Assembly: GCF_018977255.1 (NCBI RefSeq)
Contig: NW_024704742.1
Location: 26,538,001-26,602,000, forward strand
From: Callorhinchus milii
Taxonomy: Eukaryota
Direction: 5' to 3'
DNA: 64,000 nt
The position numbers were made by a program, and so were the translations under genes. The notes beneath the pieces were generated by a model. It saw only the letters and a list, made by a program, of their open reading frames with translations. It was not told the origin of the DNA and made no database searches. The stretch's first letter is position 1. Each line of letters begins with the position of its first letter. Below, piece after piece: positions 24,866-38,250 of this stretch.

Positions 24866-26649
24866 AAATAATTGATTCAAGCCACCAATTATTTGTAGAC
24901 AGGCAAGGTGAATATAGCCAGCTATAAACAAACCAGTTCTAAAAATCGCTACGTCTAATACATAAATGCAATAGGATAATGTGGTATTTCAACACAAATT
25001 AAATATTGTATTACTCTCCTGCCGTCACTTGACCGAAGTATATCTAACACCAGGTTTCCTGTAAATCAGTCACTCTCTTTGTAACTTGTGGACTCAGGAA
25101 ATGTCCATAAAGCATGAACAAAAATGGCATAAAGATCAATAAGCATTCTGAAATGCTATCCCGTGTGAAAGACGATGTTGTTGTCGTTGTTTCTATTTAT
25201 TTAATCCACCAAGCTTGTTCCTTCCATAAACCACTGTAAAGGTACCCTATCAAACCTAATCCCTCATTCCCCAGGGGAAGCTCAGCAAAGCCATTTGGCA
25301 TTTCCAAAGTTAATGTTTCATTCACCGATATGAGTTTATTCCCACAGTTTATTCCCATTCAATAGATAATAATAATAATAGATAAGAACATTTCCATTGC
25401 CCTGCTTTATGTTGTTTTGGGGCATAGAACTGTCTGGTTGGTATTAGCAACGGTTGTATAGTGAAGATGTCGTTCAATGAATAAATGGATTGTTTCTTAC
25501 TCCCTGCGGGCAACTCCACATAAAAACAATCCCTACATCTGATATAGCACCTTTCACATTAGGATGTCTCAAAGCACTTCTGAGGATATACTGTAAAGTG
25601 TAGTGGCTGTGCAATTTGTAGGCAAATGCAAAACCCAATTTATGGACCACAGTGTCCCACAAACAGCCATGAACTCAATAATTAATTTCATTTGGGGGAT
25701 TGTTGGCCGGGAGAAACTCTCTTCTCTTAATGAATAATGCCATGGGATCTACGTACAGGACAACTATGGAATAATTTATTCAACATGTCAACATGACCTA
25801 ATGGTTCCCGAGCAATAAAGAGATAATTAATTTTCAATCACAGTAAGCAAATTTTAAATTTGCGTTATCATGGTTTATTAAAATAAATACTTGCATAAAT
25901 ACTTATCACATAGTCAATAAGGCTCAAAATGCTTCATAGGATTTTTACTGTGAAGTTCAGCGTCTGTGTATTTTGTAGGAAAAAGAGATAGCTAGTATCT
26001 ACACTGCAATGTCCCACAGACAGCCATGGAGTGAACCACCAATTTTTATCTGGGAGATTGTTGGCCAAAACACTGGGAGAAACTCCCTTCTTATTTCAAA
26101 TAGTGCTATAGGATCTTTAATGTCCACCTGAACAGGCTTTGAATCTCCAGTCTCAAGGCTGGTTAACTTGAAACCTAAATCTTTCTGTTGTGTTCCCATA
26201 TCCAAGTCAAATAATGTGCTTATATCATGTTAGGCCTTTTCGGAAATGTTCACACTTACTGAAAGTCGCGTACTGAAATAAACTCCTAATGTTTTGGAAC
26301 ATAAGAAAACTTGGAATGAGAAAAAACTACTTGGCTCATCAGGCATATTGCTTCCCCACAAATAATCCACCCTATTATAGACATCACATAAGCCACTTCT
26401 CCCAAGCAAAATTCTGCAAAGCCCAATTTATCCTTTGTCATATCGTTTTCATCCTTGGGCCGTTTCATTACTTGCTCTGACCTTTCATTGTTCCCAATAG
26501 CTTTGGTGTCATAATACTGTACATGATATTCTACTATTTCCATCAGTACTTATCTCCATAACCTTGGATTTAGTTCCTAACCTGATATCCAGATAGCTTA
26601 TGTTCACTGGCCAATATTAAGCATCTGTGGTATATGCCATGTGGTATTA

Positions 26650-26810
26650 ACCCAAAGCAATCAGGAAAATCACAGGCTCCACGACTGTTGAGTTAGCTGA
26701 TCTCAACCAATGGTGGAGCCACTATAATTGGACTCAGGGCCCTTAGGACAGGGAATGATGGGGAAGGGAAGGGGAAATAATCCAAGGTCTCCATTCCCGA
26801 TCAGCTTTCT
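26650..26810 (+). mobile_element. LF-SINE-like remnant
   Basis: tgagttagctgatctcaacc...ctataattggactcagggccc...aatccaaggtctccattcccgatc. Shorter relatives at 35645-35720 and 63335-63380. Confidence 0.6.
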
Positions 26811-29762
26811 TTGAATGGCTTTCAATTCCATTTTCTGAGAAGCTCCTGTAGATGCTGTTCAACATGTCAGGGTTCAAAGACAATATACCAACGTCACTCT
26901 ATAAATCAGTATGAAATGTATATACAAATAGTTATTCCGCTTATCCAACCTGCCATTGTGCTGTGATCCTTCTACTGATCCAAATTCAATCCCAAACGAA
27001 AGCCTGTCAATTGAGCATTTGGTTGGAAGGCACGCCCCAAGATCAATTATTTCATATACAAGGTTCTTCAAAAGGTACATAACTGCTCTGATCTTGCATT
27101 TGTAAGGTCGTTGAGGTTTGCACTCCCTGACATTATACAAACGAGTCAAACTTTCAAACGCCTCACAGTAAATGAATTTCAGATTAGCTTCTTCTTGGTG
27201 CTTTGTTGAGTTTCATTGCTCAGGAATCATATGGAGCAAGTGCTGTACTGAAGTCGCCCTCTGTATAGAATGGTCAGGTGAGAATCAGCTCGTAGGTCAA
27301 AGCATTCAGTTCAGGTGCTTGAGAACTTCACAAATAAAATATATATCATGCGCTTAATAGTTCTCCATTAAGTATTCTGTTTACACATAAGTGTGTTTTT
27401 CATAACTAAATTATTTTTTAATCCCAGAACGAGGACCACTGTGAGCGTGAAGTGCTGGCAGCTAAGTAAGCTATTGTAAAACGACCCTAACCCTTCAGCA
27501 TGGATGACTAATTCAGTTAATAGCGGCTTCTCTCCTAAAATAAACACATCGCACGATTGTCACAGTCTCAGGAAGACAGCTCAGCTCTGTACTTGACAAA
27601 GACGGTATAGCTAAATCACCATTTACAGAACTACTGATGCATTCGGATGAAGCCTAGGTAAATGCAACACATAAATGAACCTGCTGTATATTATTTGGAC
27701 TTTACATACTGACTTCACAATTCACTTTACATATTGCATGTTGCAAAATGTGAAGCCTCATTTGTTTTTTTAAAAAATCTGTCCTATGACTCAACGTCAA
27801 GTGTTGAGTCAGAACATAAAACCTTTTTTTTTGTATCCACCACTAAGGAAATCTGAAGACAATGTTGCAGGAGGGAGGCTTCAAATCCAAAAGCACTGTT
27901 TTGGCACTCACCATCACAGTATGAACACATCAGCAGGAAGCATTCAGTTGCACTTTGACTTTGTTGTGCACAATTTGGACACTTGATGTTCACAGATCGT
28001 TCATCCACTCTTAAGTATCAATAGCTTTGACTGTGAAATGGCTTGTTGCTTTGAAGTACAATCTCATACACCCACTTGCAGTTCAGATTTGTTTCATCTC
28101 TCAGAATTTTTTTTAAAAAAAGAGCACATCTTAAAGCAGCCCAGCAGGTGACCATGGTGCAAATCAAACATGGTGGGAAAATAAAGCAACCACACAAACT
28201 ATGAATCAATCAGAATAAAAAAAACACTGTCGTCAGTGCAGGAAAAAAAATATTGGAGATCGCAAATAAAAGCAATTCAAAGCAATCATGTTTAAAGATC
28301 TGCAACATATCAATTGAACAATACTTAGAAATGGATTTCCTCTCTATTCGCGGTGGTACCCAATCTTAAAGCTTCGAAAGCATGAAAATATCAACTTACC
28401 ACCATATAACACATGGTTACCCACCACTGAGTATATCCTTGTCATTCTGCAGACCTATTACATACATCTACCACAATGTAAAAAAGCACATAGCTAATGA
28501 AATTGTGCACAAGCTTTAATTACATTGCCACTATGACAGACATTCTGGGTATTCTTAACAGATTGCAGGTGTAATTCACATAAGACCTAATGAAGCATCC
28601 TATGTTTTACAGGCAAACTTGTCAACGCCATTTAATTCATTCTTAAACCTGATGCATGCATCGGCCACCAAAGCGGAACAATGAAACAACCAAATTAATT
28701 TGGGTGGTAGGGTGTGTGGGTGGAGGTGGGCATTTTGATTGAACACGCACTTGATAGCTGTTTGCAGGCCCATGCTATGTGCAAATGGTTACGGTGTTCA
28801 CCTACAAATGCAGAGTCACTATACTTAACAGTAATCACTGTAAAACCCTTTGAGACGTAACACTGTGTTCATTGTGGAAGTGTAATAGAACATCATAAAT
28901 CAAAGCTGTTGAATACCACAAGGCAAGGGAAGAAAATCCTACTCGAGTCAAGATTTACAATATCCTTCACATTTTAGAGAGTGCAGTGTTTGGCAAATTG
29001 GTTCATTTCAGTTTTAAATTGAAAGCCAGATTTCTGTAGTTAATTAAAAGAAGCTAACAGAAATACAGCTTCAAAATTCCGAAAATAAGTGTAAATCTAG
29101 GCCTTGGGAGGATTTATCTTCCCTTAAAATAGAGCAAAGGTTTGTGGAGGCAGGAAATAAAATTCACTGCTTACAGATTGTAAACGAAAGGGTGAAATAA
29201 TTCACTGAGATACACATGTAGAATACAAACAAATCTTGTATAATATGAAGCCATATTTTGTACGAAAATCAATACATTCATGAATTATACCAAAAAGTTA
29301 AATCAATAGGCTGTGTGGGCACGGCTGGGGGTTATAATGCTGCAGTAGTAATCTCTGTGCTGACATTGATTTATCAGCAATCTAATGATCAAAAATGCAC
29401 CCATCACAGGATTAGTGCAAACAGATAAGTAACCTGCAGGAACTGACACCGTTAGGAACGTGTGGCCAATTAATGTGTCAAACACCTCGGGTGCTTTAAT
29501 GGCAACATCTCGGCAAAGTCAGTGATATAGAACAAGGAAGGTAGAAAAGCATGAAGTCTGAAGGCCACTCGCTTTGTTCAGAAAACTCACTCCTTGTCAT
29601 GGCCATGTACAATCTCTCGTATCATGATCCGACCTCACAGATGTGGAACACTGTCTGATGGACATTCTGGAAGGGAGAGATCAACTGGGCCAAACCGATC
29701 TTGTGAAGTTCTTCCTAACCCTCAGACCAAGCAAGACTGAAGAGACTTCTACAGACTTCTAC

Positions 29763-30076
29763 GTGGAGTCCTGTAGCTCAGTGGTTAGAGCACTCGCCTT
29801 GCAAGCGAGACACCTGGGTTCAATTCCAGGCAGGGTGAAACCTTGGGCAAGTTTCCTTACTCCACACACCTAATAATAATCCCTCCAAAAAAAACAATAA
29901 TAAATCGGTCATTTTCAATCCACGACTGTTTGTGGGACACTGCTGTGCGCAATTGGCTGCCGCGTTTCACCCACAAATATACAGTCAATTCACTTTACAG
30001 TCTATTCTGTGAAGCGCTTTGAGATGTCGAGAAGATGTGAAAAGCGCTATATCAAATGCAAGGATTATTATTATTA
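29763..30076 (+). mobile_element. Full-length tRNA-Ala(TGC)-derived SINE
   Basis: Head gtggagtcctgtagctcagtggttagagcactcgc-cttgcaa-gcgag...ggttcaattcc (anticodon stem-loop with TGC), Deu-like core, L2-like tail ending (TTA)n. Confidence 0.93.
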
Positions 30077-30770
30077 CATTCCGCATCAGTCACAAATCTG
30101 CGAGTGATTAATGCAAGGTTGATAAAAGTTCGGAAAATAGAAAGCAAGACGAGTTTTGTTGAAGTTTGAAATTATAAATTTGTCCCACTACTATTTACTC
30201 CCACGATCACCACTTCCTCCCTCCTTCCTTCACACATACATATACACACACAAAATTTCATCCCCAATGTTAAGTTGAGCTCTAGTGTGTCCATAGTTCC
30301 AATTGTTCCATTTGCAGAGTCGCCAGAGAAGGAGTTGGCCTTCTTTTTGGGATGGGGGGGAGGGGAAATGTGGAGGAGAGAAAGGATGACTGAAAGAAGA
30401 TTGTTGTCATTAGCTGACAACCAGCAATCATTTGGCAGCTTTAGTGAGATAATGGGAACATTTCCATTGAAAATCCCACTGCATTTATCCATATGCTCGT
30501 CTGCTCATACACCATTCACAGATGACAATCACCTGCAACATCATCTGTATCTCTCCTGTCAACACAGATGCTTTTAAGAGCTAAAATATGGTCTATTCCT
30601 CACCCATTCCTGGAAATAATTAGTTTTTTTCTTGCAAAATGCAAAATCTGCTGGGACAAAATAATTTTGGTTTCACCACGTTTTATAGCTAAAGGTTTGT
30701 TACAAATTTGTGATGGGGGGGTTTGGGGGGAGGGAGGAGAAAATAAATTATAACTCAGTAATAATTTAGT

Positions 30771-30844
30771 ATTCCAATGATTTACAGGATATAAAAGTTA
30801 TAACTTAAATATTGTAACTTTTATATCCTGTAAATCATTGGAAT
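30771..30844. repeat. Perfect 30-bp inverted repeat with a 14-nt spacer
   Basis: ATTCCAATGATTTACAGGATATAAAAGTTA (30771-30800) is the exact reverse complement of 30815-30844. Confidence 0.97.
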
Positions 30845-33319
30845 GCCACTCAATACAAATGACCATTCAAATGAATACCATTGCCAATGATTGATGGACA
30901 TTGTTTGGTTATCAAAAGATCTTTCTCAATGAATGTTGTTCAATGAGTGATTAAACATATTTGCGAAAAGGATATTGGATTAACTATTGAGCTCTTTGAG
31001 CGTTTGGAAAGGTGCTATAGTAAATACAAATTGTATTGTATTGATGCAAAAACTATACCATTTATTATATTTATAAAAAGTCTCGAGTTAATTTGCTACT
31101 GACCATTTTCAGTGGAGCAGATGAAAGTGCTGGGAGTAAAACCTGGAATTCTAAAAATAAAAGATTCAATGCCTGGGTCTGGAAATAAATAAATGTGAGG
31201 TACAATTGCAAAGGAACTAAAGCAAACCACATGCACTGTATACATCATACACTGACAGAAACATCTAGATGTAATGGGTCAGTAACTTAAGTTATCAGCA
31301 GGAACCGGAAAGTGAGGCAGGAAGCTTTTCAATGGACCATTTGGCATTGGCTGGGAATTTTTTCATACTTCCACACATTCAATGAGTTAAATTGGTATCT
31401 GCACTCAAAAAGAGTCAACGAGGAGAGTTGGTGTTCGATCACAGAAAATTTTGAATTAGTAGATTTCGGAGGATCTCATAGGGGTGGGAGTATTTTGGAG
31501 CAAGCGCATTTTTTAATAATGTTTAACCTCAATCTTAATTTTGAAATTTATTTTCTTTGTGAAAGGCACTATATTAAATGTAAGGATTGGAATTATATTG
31601 TTTCGGCACATCAGTGGGAGCCTCACAACGGGAGCTGACAGCGTTGTAGACATTCTTATCCTAGGAATGCTTCATGCACACTTCAGTGAGACAAATAGAA
31701 AAGAAAGTTTCCAATCTCCAGTACCAACATTACTCAGTAGAAACAGAGGCCTCAAAAAAAATAATAGTACCCTTTTTCTCAATTTTGGTGTAAGTTTAAA
31801 AATATGTGCTGTTTTTCAGAAAAGCACATACATTCACATTTGTTTTAGTTAAAATAAATCAATCCACTGCCAGTAAAAGCCACAATGCTAATCTTATTTG
31901 CAGTAAACCATTTAGGACAGTACTGTTACTTCAGCTATAAAACAATGAGCAGAGGCTCAATGGAGCTGAATGCCAAGTTGGAAAAGTCAGTAAAAAGCCA
32001 CACAACGCATTTACCTAGAATCAACAAGCACAGTATTTTTATAGGTACATTCACAGAATTCAAGGTGGTTGTTTTACACAGGCCATTATTCACAGTTTAG
32101 CTCGTGAATAAGTGTGTTACTGGCTTTAAATTTCATAATTGCGCCACAAATTTTAAAACAATTTGTTGCCTGCGAAAGCGATTTAAAATGAAGGTTCTGC
32201 TGGCCTTCTCACAGGAGGTAAATCACCAGTTAGTAGTATCAATGATAATATTAATCCTTGCATTTGATATAGCACCATATCACGTCGGTGAGATGGCTCA
32301 AAGTGGTTCATAGAATATACTGTAAAGTGGATTGACTGTATTTTGTGGGCAAAATGGCTTACGCATTTCCACTGAGTTGAGAAATTCTGTGTGCACCAGC
32401 CCTTGTCTTTTGTACTGAAAATACCATTTCTGATCTGACTTGTAAAACTATTGTTGCCCCTCATGCCCAAGCTATTTGCACAGTTACCAAGGAAACCGTT
32501 GCGAGTGTTATCATACTACTGCAGTTCTGAATTACTCTCATTTATTATAAGCCACAAATCAGTACTAAAATGTGTGTATATTTGATTAAACAAAATTACT
32601 TCATTTTCATATTAAAGTGATAGCCAATTTTCAGCAAATTAATCTCATTAGAATAATTCCCTACGGACCAAAGCATTTTACATACAGGCAGATTAATACA
32701 CCATTCATACCAAATAAACACATATATATGCACGTGTATGTGCCTTAGCTCATTTACTCAAACCTAATTGCCCTTTCATTAAATAATCCATTACAGGTTG
32801 AAAGCCCTGCTAGATTGTTCTCAGTTTCTAAGTGGCTAGAAAATGGTGGCCAAAGCAAACAGTAAGAGCATGTTCCAAGCTACTGACTGTGAGCTTTGCT
32901 TTAAATTGAAATGCACAATTGCAGTTCCTGTTGTCAAAGACACCAGCAGAGAATATGTTCACTGAGCCTGAAGAATGGCTACACCTGGATACGGAACATT
33001 CCCCACACCAAGCGCCAGCACAGTGCACTCCTTGGTTAGGACTAACCCGTTACATAATGCAGTTTCCTAATACAGTACAGCTCTTAACCCTGGCCACAGG
33101 GTGAAATCCACAATCTTCAAAGGCGATAGCGCTTCCAAATGAGCCACGCTGACCCTTTCTATAACAGTATTCTGTTCAATTACTGCACCTGAAAGATAAC
33201 TGCCATTTCTTCAAAAGTGTGTTATTCCTGGAATTATATATAAAAGATAACATTTCCCTCTCATCCTTCTGCAATGTAATGTAGTTGGAAAAATACCTTT
33301 ATTATGGTTTGGCACATTT

Positions 33320-34281
33320 GGAAACACTCTTGCCTCTGAGTCAGAAGGTTGTGCGTTCAAACACCCCATCATGACTTTGAGCTCACATGGTTTAGGCTGA
33401 CACTCCAGTGCAATGTTAGGAGTGTTCCATTGTCAGAGGTGGCTTCCTTCAGATGAGATGTTAAACTGAGGTCCCATCTGCCCATCCAAGCTAATGTCCA
33501 AGCTAACGCCCTCCTCGCCGGTCACCCATCCACTACCATCCATAAAATCCAAATCATTCAAAACTCTGCATTCTCACCCACAGGAAACTCCGCTCCCCGA
33601 TCACCCCAGTCCTTGCCAGACCTGCACTGGCTGCCTATCCCAGAGAGGATCGATTTCAAAATCCTCGCCCTCGTATTCAAGTCCCTGCACTCATCTGCAA
33701 CCCCCTACCTCTCTGACCTCCTCTCTCCTCAAAACAGTACCCGTTGCCTTTGTTCCTCTGGATCTGGCCTCCTCCTCGTCCCCGGAGTCCTCCGCTCCAC
33801 CCTCGGCAGCGGTGCCTTCAGCCACTATGCCCCGAGGCTCTGGAACTGCCTTCCTCACTCCCTTCGTCTCGCTCCCTCCCTTCCCATTTTCAGGTATCTG
33901 CTGAAGACCTTTCTTTTCAACCGGGCCTTTGGTCACCTTCCTCCCCCTCCCCCTGGCTCGGTCCCGGGATCCGTTACTGTAAAGCGCTCTGAGACGCCGT
34001 CCGGCGTGGAGGACGCTATATAAATCCAAGTTGTTGTTGTTGTTAAAGATTTCAGGGCACTCTTTGAAGAGAGAACAAATGTTCTGGTGTCCTGGCCAAT
34101 CGTCCCCCCAAATAAAACTGGGCATTCACTTCATGGCTGTGAGTCATTGCTGTGTGGAAATTTCCATGTTTGCATACAAATATACAATCATTACATGTAA
34201 ATCATGTGAAGCACTTCTGAGATGTTTCAACATTAGTGATAAGGCACTGTATCAAATGCAAGGATACTTTATTATTATTAT
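33320..34281 (+). mobile_element. Deu-SINE split by an L2 3' fragment (about 33500-34043)
   Basis: SINE head (gagtcagaaggttgtgcgttcaa) resumes at taaagatttcagggcactctttgaaga after the L2 (TTG)n tail. L2 part encodes LHWLPIPERIDFKIL. Confidence 0.85.
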
Positions 34282-37200
34282 CTTCTGTCATATAATAGTG
34301 TAAATCCTGCATTTTCTTTGACCACTAAGGCTTGTAAGAGATTTTTTTGAGTTAATCAGAACCACACATCACAAATGTTACTTTACATATCACACAATAC
34401 ATAACACTGAATTTAAGAAGGACAAGGAAAGGACAAAACAATAATTCACCGGAGCTCAGCTCTGCATGATTACAGTGGCTGTCAATTGCAGGGTTGGGTG
34501 GTGGATTTCTAACTTGCTTCATGTATCTATTATTCTAGATTTACAACACACATGAGCAGTTCCAGCAGTGGTTTATCTCTCCCAAGAGCCGCCACTGGGA
34601 ATACCAATCCCACTAATAACTCTGCATAAACTAAGCGAGTTCTGGGATAATGAAATATCATCAGGTACCTTTATTTCTCAGTGAAACACTGACCATTTTT
34701 TCATTTCAAAAGGTGCTGAACAACAAAGGAATTATTTGCAGATTAAACCTTTGTTCTGCCACCAAAAAAACACACAACATAAATGGATTTATTGGAGGAC
34801 ATTGTGACATGAACACATCTGATCACAGCAGCAGTCCATACTGTGAATGTTAACTGCATCCGTCTCTGTAAGAAGCATTATTGGTCTCATTTGAAAATGT
34901 CACTGGACTCCTAAAAATTATGACAGAAAAAGCAATGAGATGTTGCCATCTTCACTCTCATGGGCTCCAGCAGTAGGTTAATGATGTTTTCCATGATCAA
35001 TCAGTGGTATGTTTCTTAGGGGCTTTGAGATAAAACCGTACATTACGTACATAATATAAATCCCACCAAAAATCTCCCTCTGGCTGAAGAATTGGCCTGA
35101 TCCATCAGATGCTCTGCGCTTGCAGGACAGTTTGCTTTCAAAGGTGATTACTTGGTATAGATTTCATATTAATAAATTTTTTGCTGTGCGACTCATCTGC
35201 CCTTCTGATTTCTTTTAATAACGTTAAATTAAACTGGTTGATCTTCCTATTGTGGGTCAGCCAGGTATCTACCACATACGAAAACTATCATCACCATGCT
35301 TATGAGTATCCAAACCAGACTGAAAGTGCCACAAATGTACACCACCTACACATGGAAACTTCTGTGTGTCTGAAATGGAATACACAGTCTCTCCCTGGGA
35401 AGGATACACCCTGCCTACCTAACTCTGGAGAGCATTAAGCGCAGGAACCAAAGCTCAGGAACCCCAGAGTATGTTTTAGGGTACAACTGGAGTTGAACCA
35501 GCTAAACCACATGGCTTGTCATTGATAGAAAAATCCAGTTAGCTTCCCGCTGCTTGTTCAGCTCAGATACCCTAAACATTTGTTTTGCATCAGGAAGGTG
35601 TCAATCCTACTTGGTGGATAAAGGCCCCAGCAGCCAAGATCGAGCGAGTCTCAGGTTTAAATCCTCATCTGTGCTGAGTTAACTGATCTCAGCTGATAAA
35701 AGAGGTGAGGGCAGTTTGGGCAGTGATTTTAAACATATCTTAGTTTTGCATTTTGAGGAAAGAGAAGCTGAAACACTCTTTTTCTACTTAATCCGAACTG
35801 CAGATATCACCTACGTAGGTCAAAGCTTCTCCACAACAATACATATTATCGCCATCCATTAACCCTCATGGGTTTCATTAAGTGAAGGCAGCTAAATTAA
35901 CCACCTCCTAGACTGAAAAGCTCTGGTTTGTGATGCATATATCATAGAAAGCAAAACAGGAGCACATGGCAGATCTGTAGCGATACTGCATTACAAAGAG
36001 ACTGGAGAGCAGAGACATGTTGGGCAAAGTCTGTTCACCTTAAAGTATTAGAACCTTCAACAGTTCACCGCCAACATTACTACCATGCATAATTAGCTGT
36101 GCAAAATGTCTCCTCTTCACACGCTCATTTACAACACATAGTGCTTCCTTGAGTGAGGGGAAGGTGCAACACTTTGTAAAAATGCGAAACTGTTGATATG
36201 TGTGTGAACAATTTCTTTAGGAAAGACTGGTGGTTTGAAACAACAAAAGAGCAGATTCAATTTATAACTGAATATATGCAGGTAATTGTCCTTTCAATAT
36301 AACGGTGGGTGGTAGAGAGCAATGGGTTTATCCTACAGACCCAGCACATCCTGAGGAAGGGAGGGGATCTAAGGTGCAGGTAAGGAGAACTGGCTCCAAG
36401 GTGATGTACTTGGCAACAGAATGTCTGAGTGATTCAGAAACCAGGTCCCTTTTTTCCAAAGTTACTCAACAGAATCAATGTGAACTCTTAATCCCTCCCA
36501 CTCCTTAATAAATAAAACCTTTCCTTTTGTTATTTGACATAAAAAAGTGGCAAAATTATATGTGTACAATGAGAAAAAAAAACATTTGCAAGGTTTTAAA
36601 TCAAGTCACAGAAACGAGAGGATGCAGCATCCTTGCCAGCAAAAAATTCCATGAATACAGCCAAATATAGTAAATCATGAGATAAGGCCAGCAGAGCCAG
36701 GTAGTAATTGGATCTCAGGGTTTGCTCCTGGAGATTATGACACAACTGTATAACCCTTCAATTCAATTACTGAGTTGCATCTCGCTGATAGTCATCTATT
36801 TTCCTTCATGTAATCTTACGGGGAATTTCGGGTGATCCCATAAACCATAAGAAGAATTTTGAGCCAATTTACAACTATTGTGCGAAAAATGAAATTAAGC
36901 CACAGCCTTGAAATCACTGCTGTTGATATACCACTACAATTTTATGTCCAGCTGTATTCCAGTTTTGGTTCTGTCGACTGGGATGAACAAGCTTCATGTC
37001 TCCCATGACAGTCACAGAAAAGTTTAATGATAATGATAGTGATGCAAATAGGACTTATTAAGCTGCCCTGCTCGGCAGCAGATCCTCAGAAAAATGCAAC
37101 TATTGTCCAGTAACAAGCTGGTCCATTTCATTCAAAATGTTAAATAATAACAACAATCTTTGCATTTGATATAATGCCTTATCATGTCTTCGAGACTTCT

Positions 37201-38127
37201 CAAAGCGCTTCACAGAATATGACTATATTTTGTGGGCGAAACTGAGTATGCTGTATGATATAGAAAAAATGATAATCTAACATAATATTAATCTTTGCAT
37301 TGAAATGGCGTCTTATCTGGATCGCAACTGGATCGTTAACTGGATCGCCCAAAGCTGAATCCAGCTTGATCTTATTGCTGGCTTCGAAGGGATGACATAT
37401 AACTCAGCCACCAGTCAGAACAAGGCTAACATCAGCCATCCCGAGTCATGCTCCTGCTGAATTGGTTTATTAAGGTTAATTTCCCCCTTTCCATTTGTCC
37501 CCTCCCACCCACCCCAATCCCCCAGCTGCCAATACTTCCATCCCCGCCTGCCAAGGAAATTGAAGAAAGCAATTTTCAGCAGAGAGCAGATTTAGTGTTG
37601 ATGAAATTAACTCGGTTTGAAGTGAATTAGATCAGGCTACTGGCTAGCTTCGCTCACAATGTGTCAACCTTGGCAGCAGTCAAGCGATTGGGAGCAAAAA
37701 AAGGTTAGGTTTCCTGCACCCCATGAACTGCTAATACAGCTCAAAGAGCACTGTGACCACACAACCAGGCACATTGGCATGGCTCTGCTAACCAGCATTA
37801 GTTATTGAAGAAATGATCTCACAAGTTGCTCTTTAATAACATTAAAAAGATCCAATGAAAGTCTTTGAGCCATCCAACCACCAAATAAATTATAAAGGAT
37901 ACTTTTTGAGCACAGAAAGAACCTACTTTTACACTGTAGAATACAAATTGGTTTCCTCACAAAACCAGATTCTTGGCAGCTACTATTCAGTGAACAATGC
38001 TTCAAGATCGCAAATCTCAGACCTAATTCATACTGTATCTTTGGTATTCACACTCAATGAAGTTGTCAAAGTTCCTCAGTTGCTGGGTAACTGTATACTT
38101 CACCAGACCCATTTAATTTATTAATAA

Positions 38128-38250
38128 AAGATAGAGAGATGGAAAGTTGGAGAGAAATGGAAAGATGGAGAGAGATAGAGTGAGATAAAGAGATAGAGCG
38201 AGACAGAGGGAGAGACAGAGAGCACGACAGAGATAGAGAGACAGAAAGAT
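38128..38250 (+). repeat. Degenerate (GA)n purine-rich low-complexity tract
   Basis: Read directly. Confidence 0.8.

Noticed and set aside
29763..29836. tRNA-Ala gene
   Set aside because: It is a SINE head: imperfect acceptor stem, contiguous with SINE body and tail, multiple copies.
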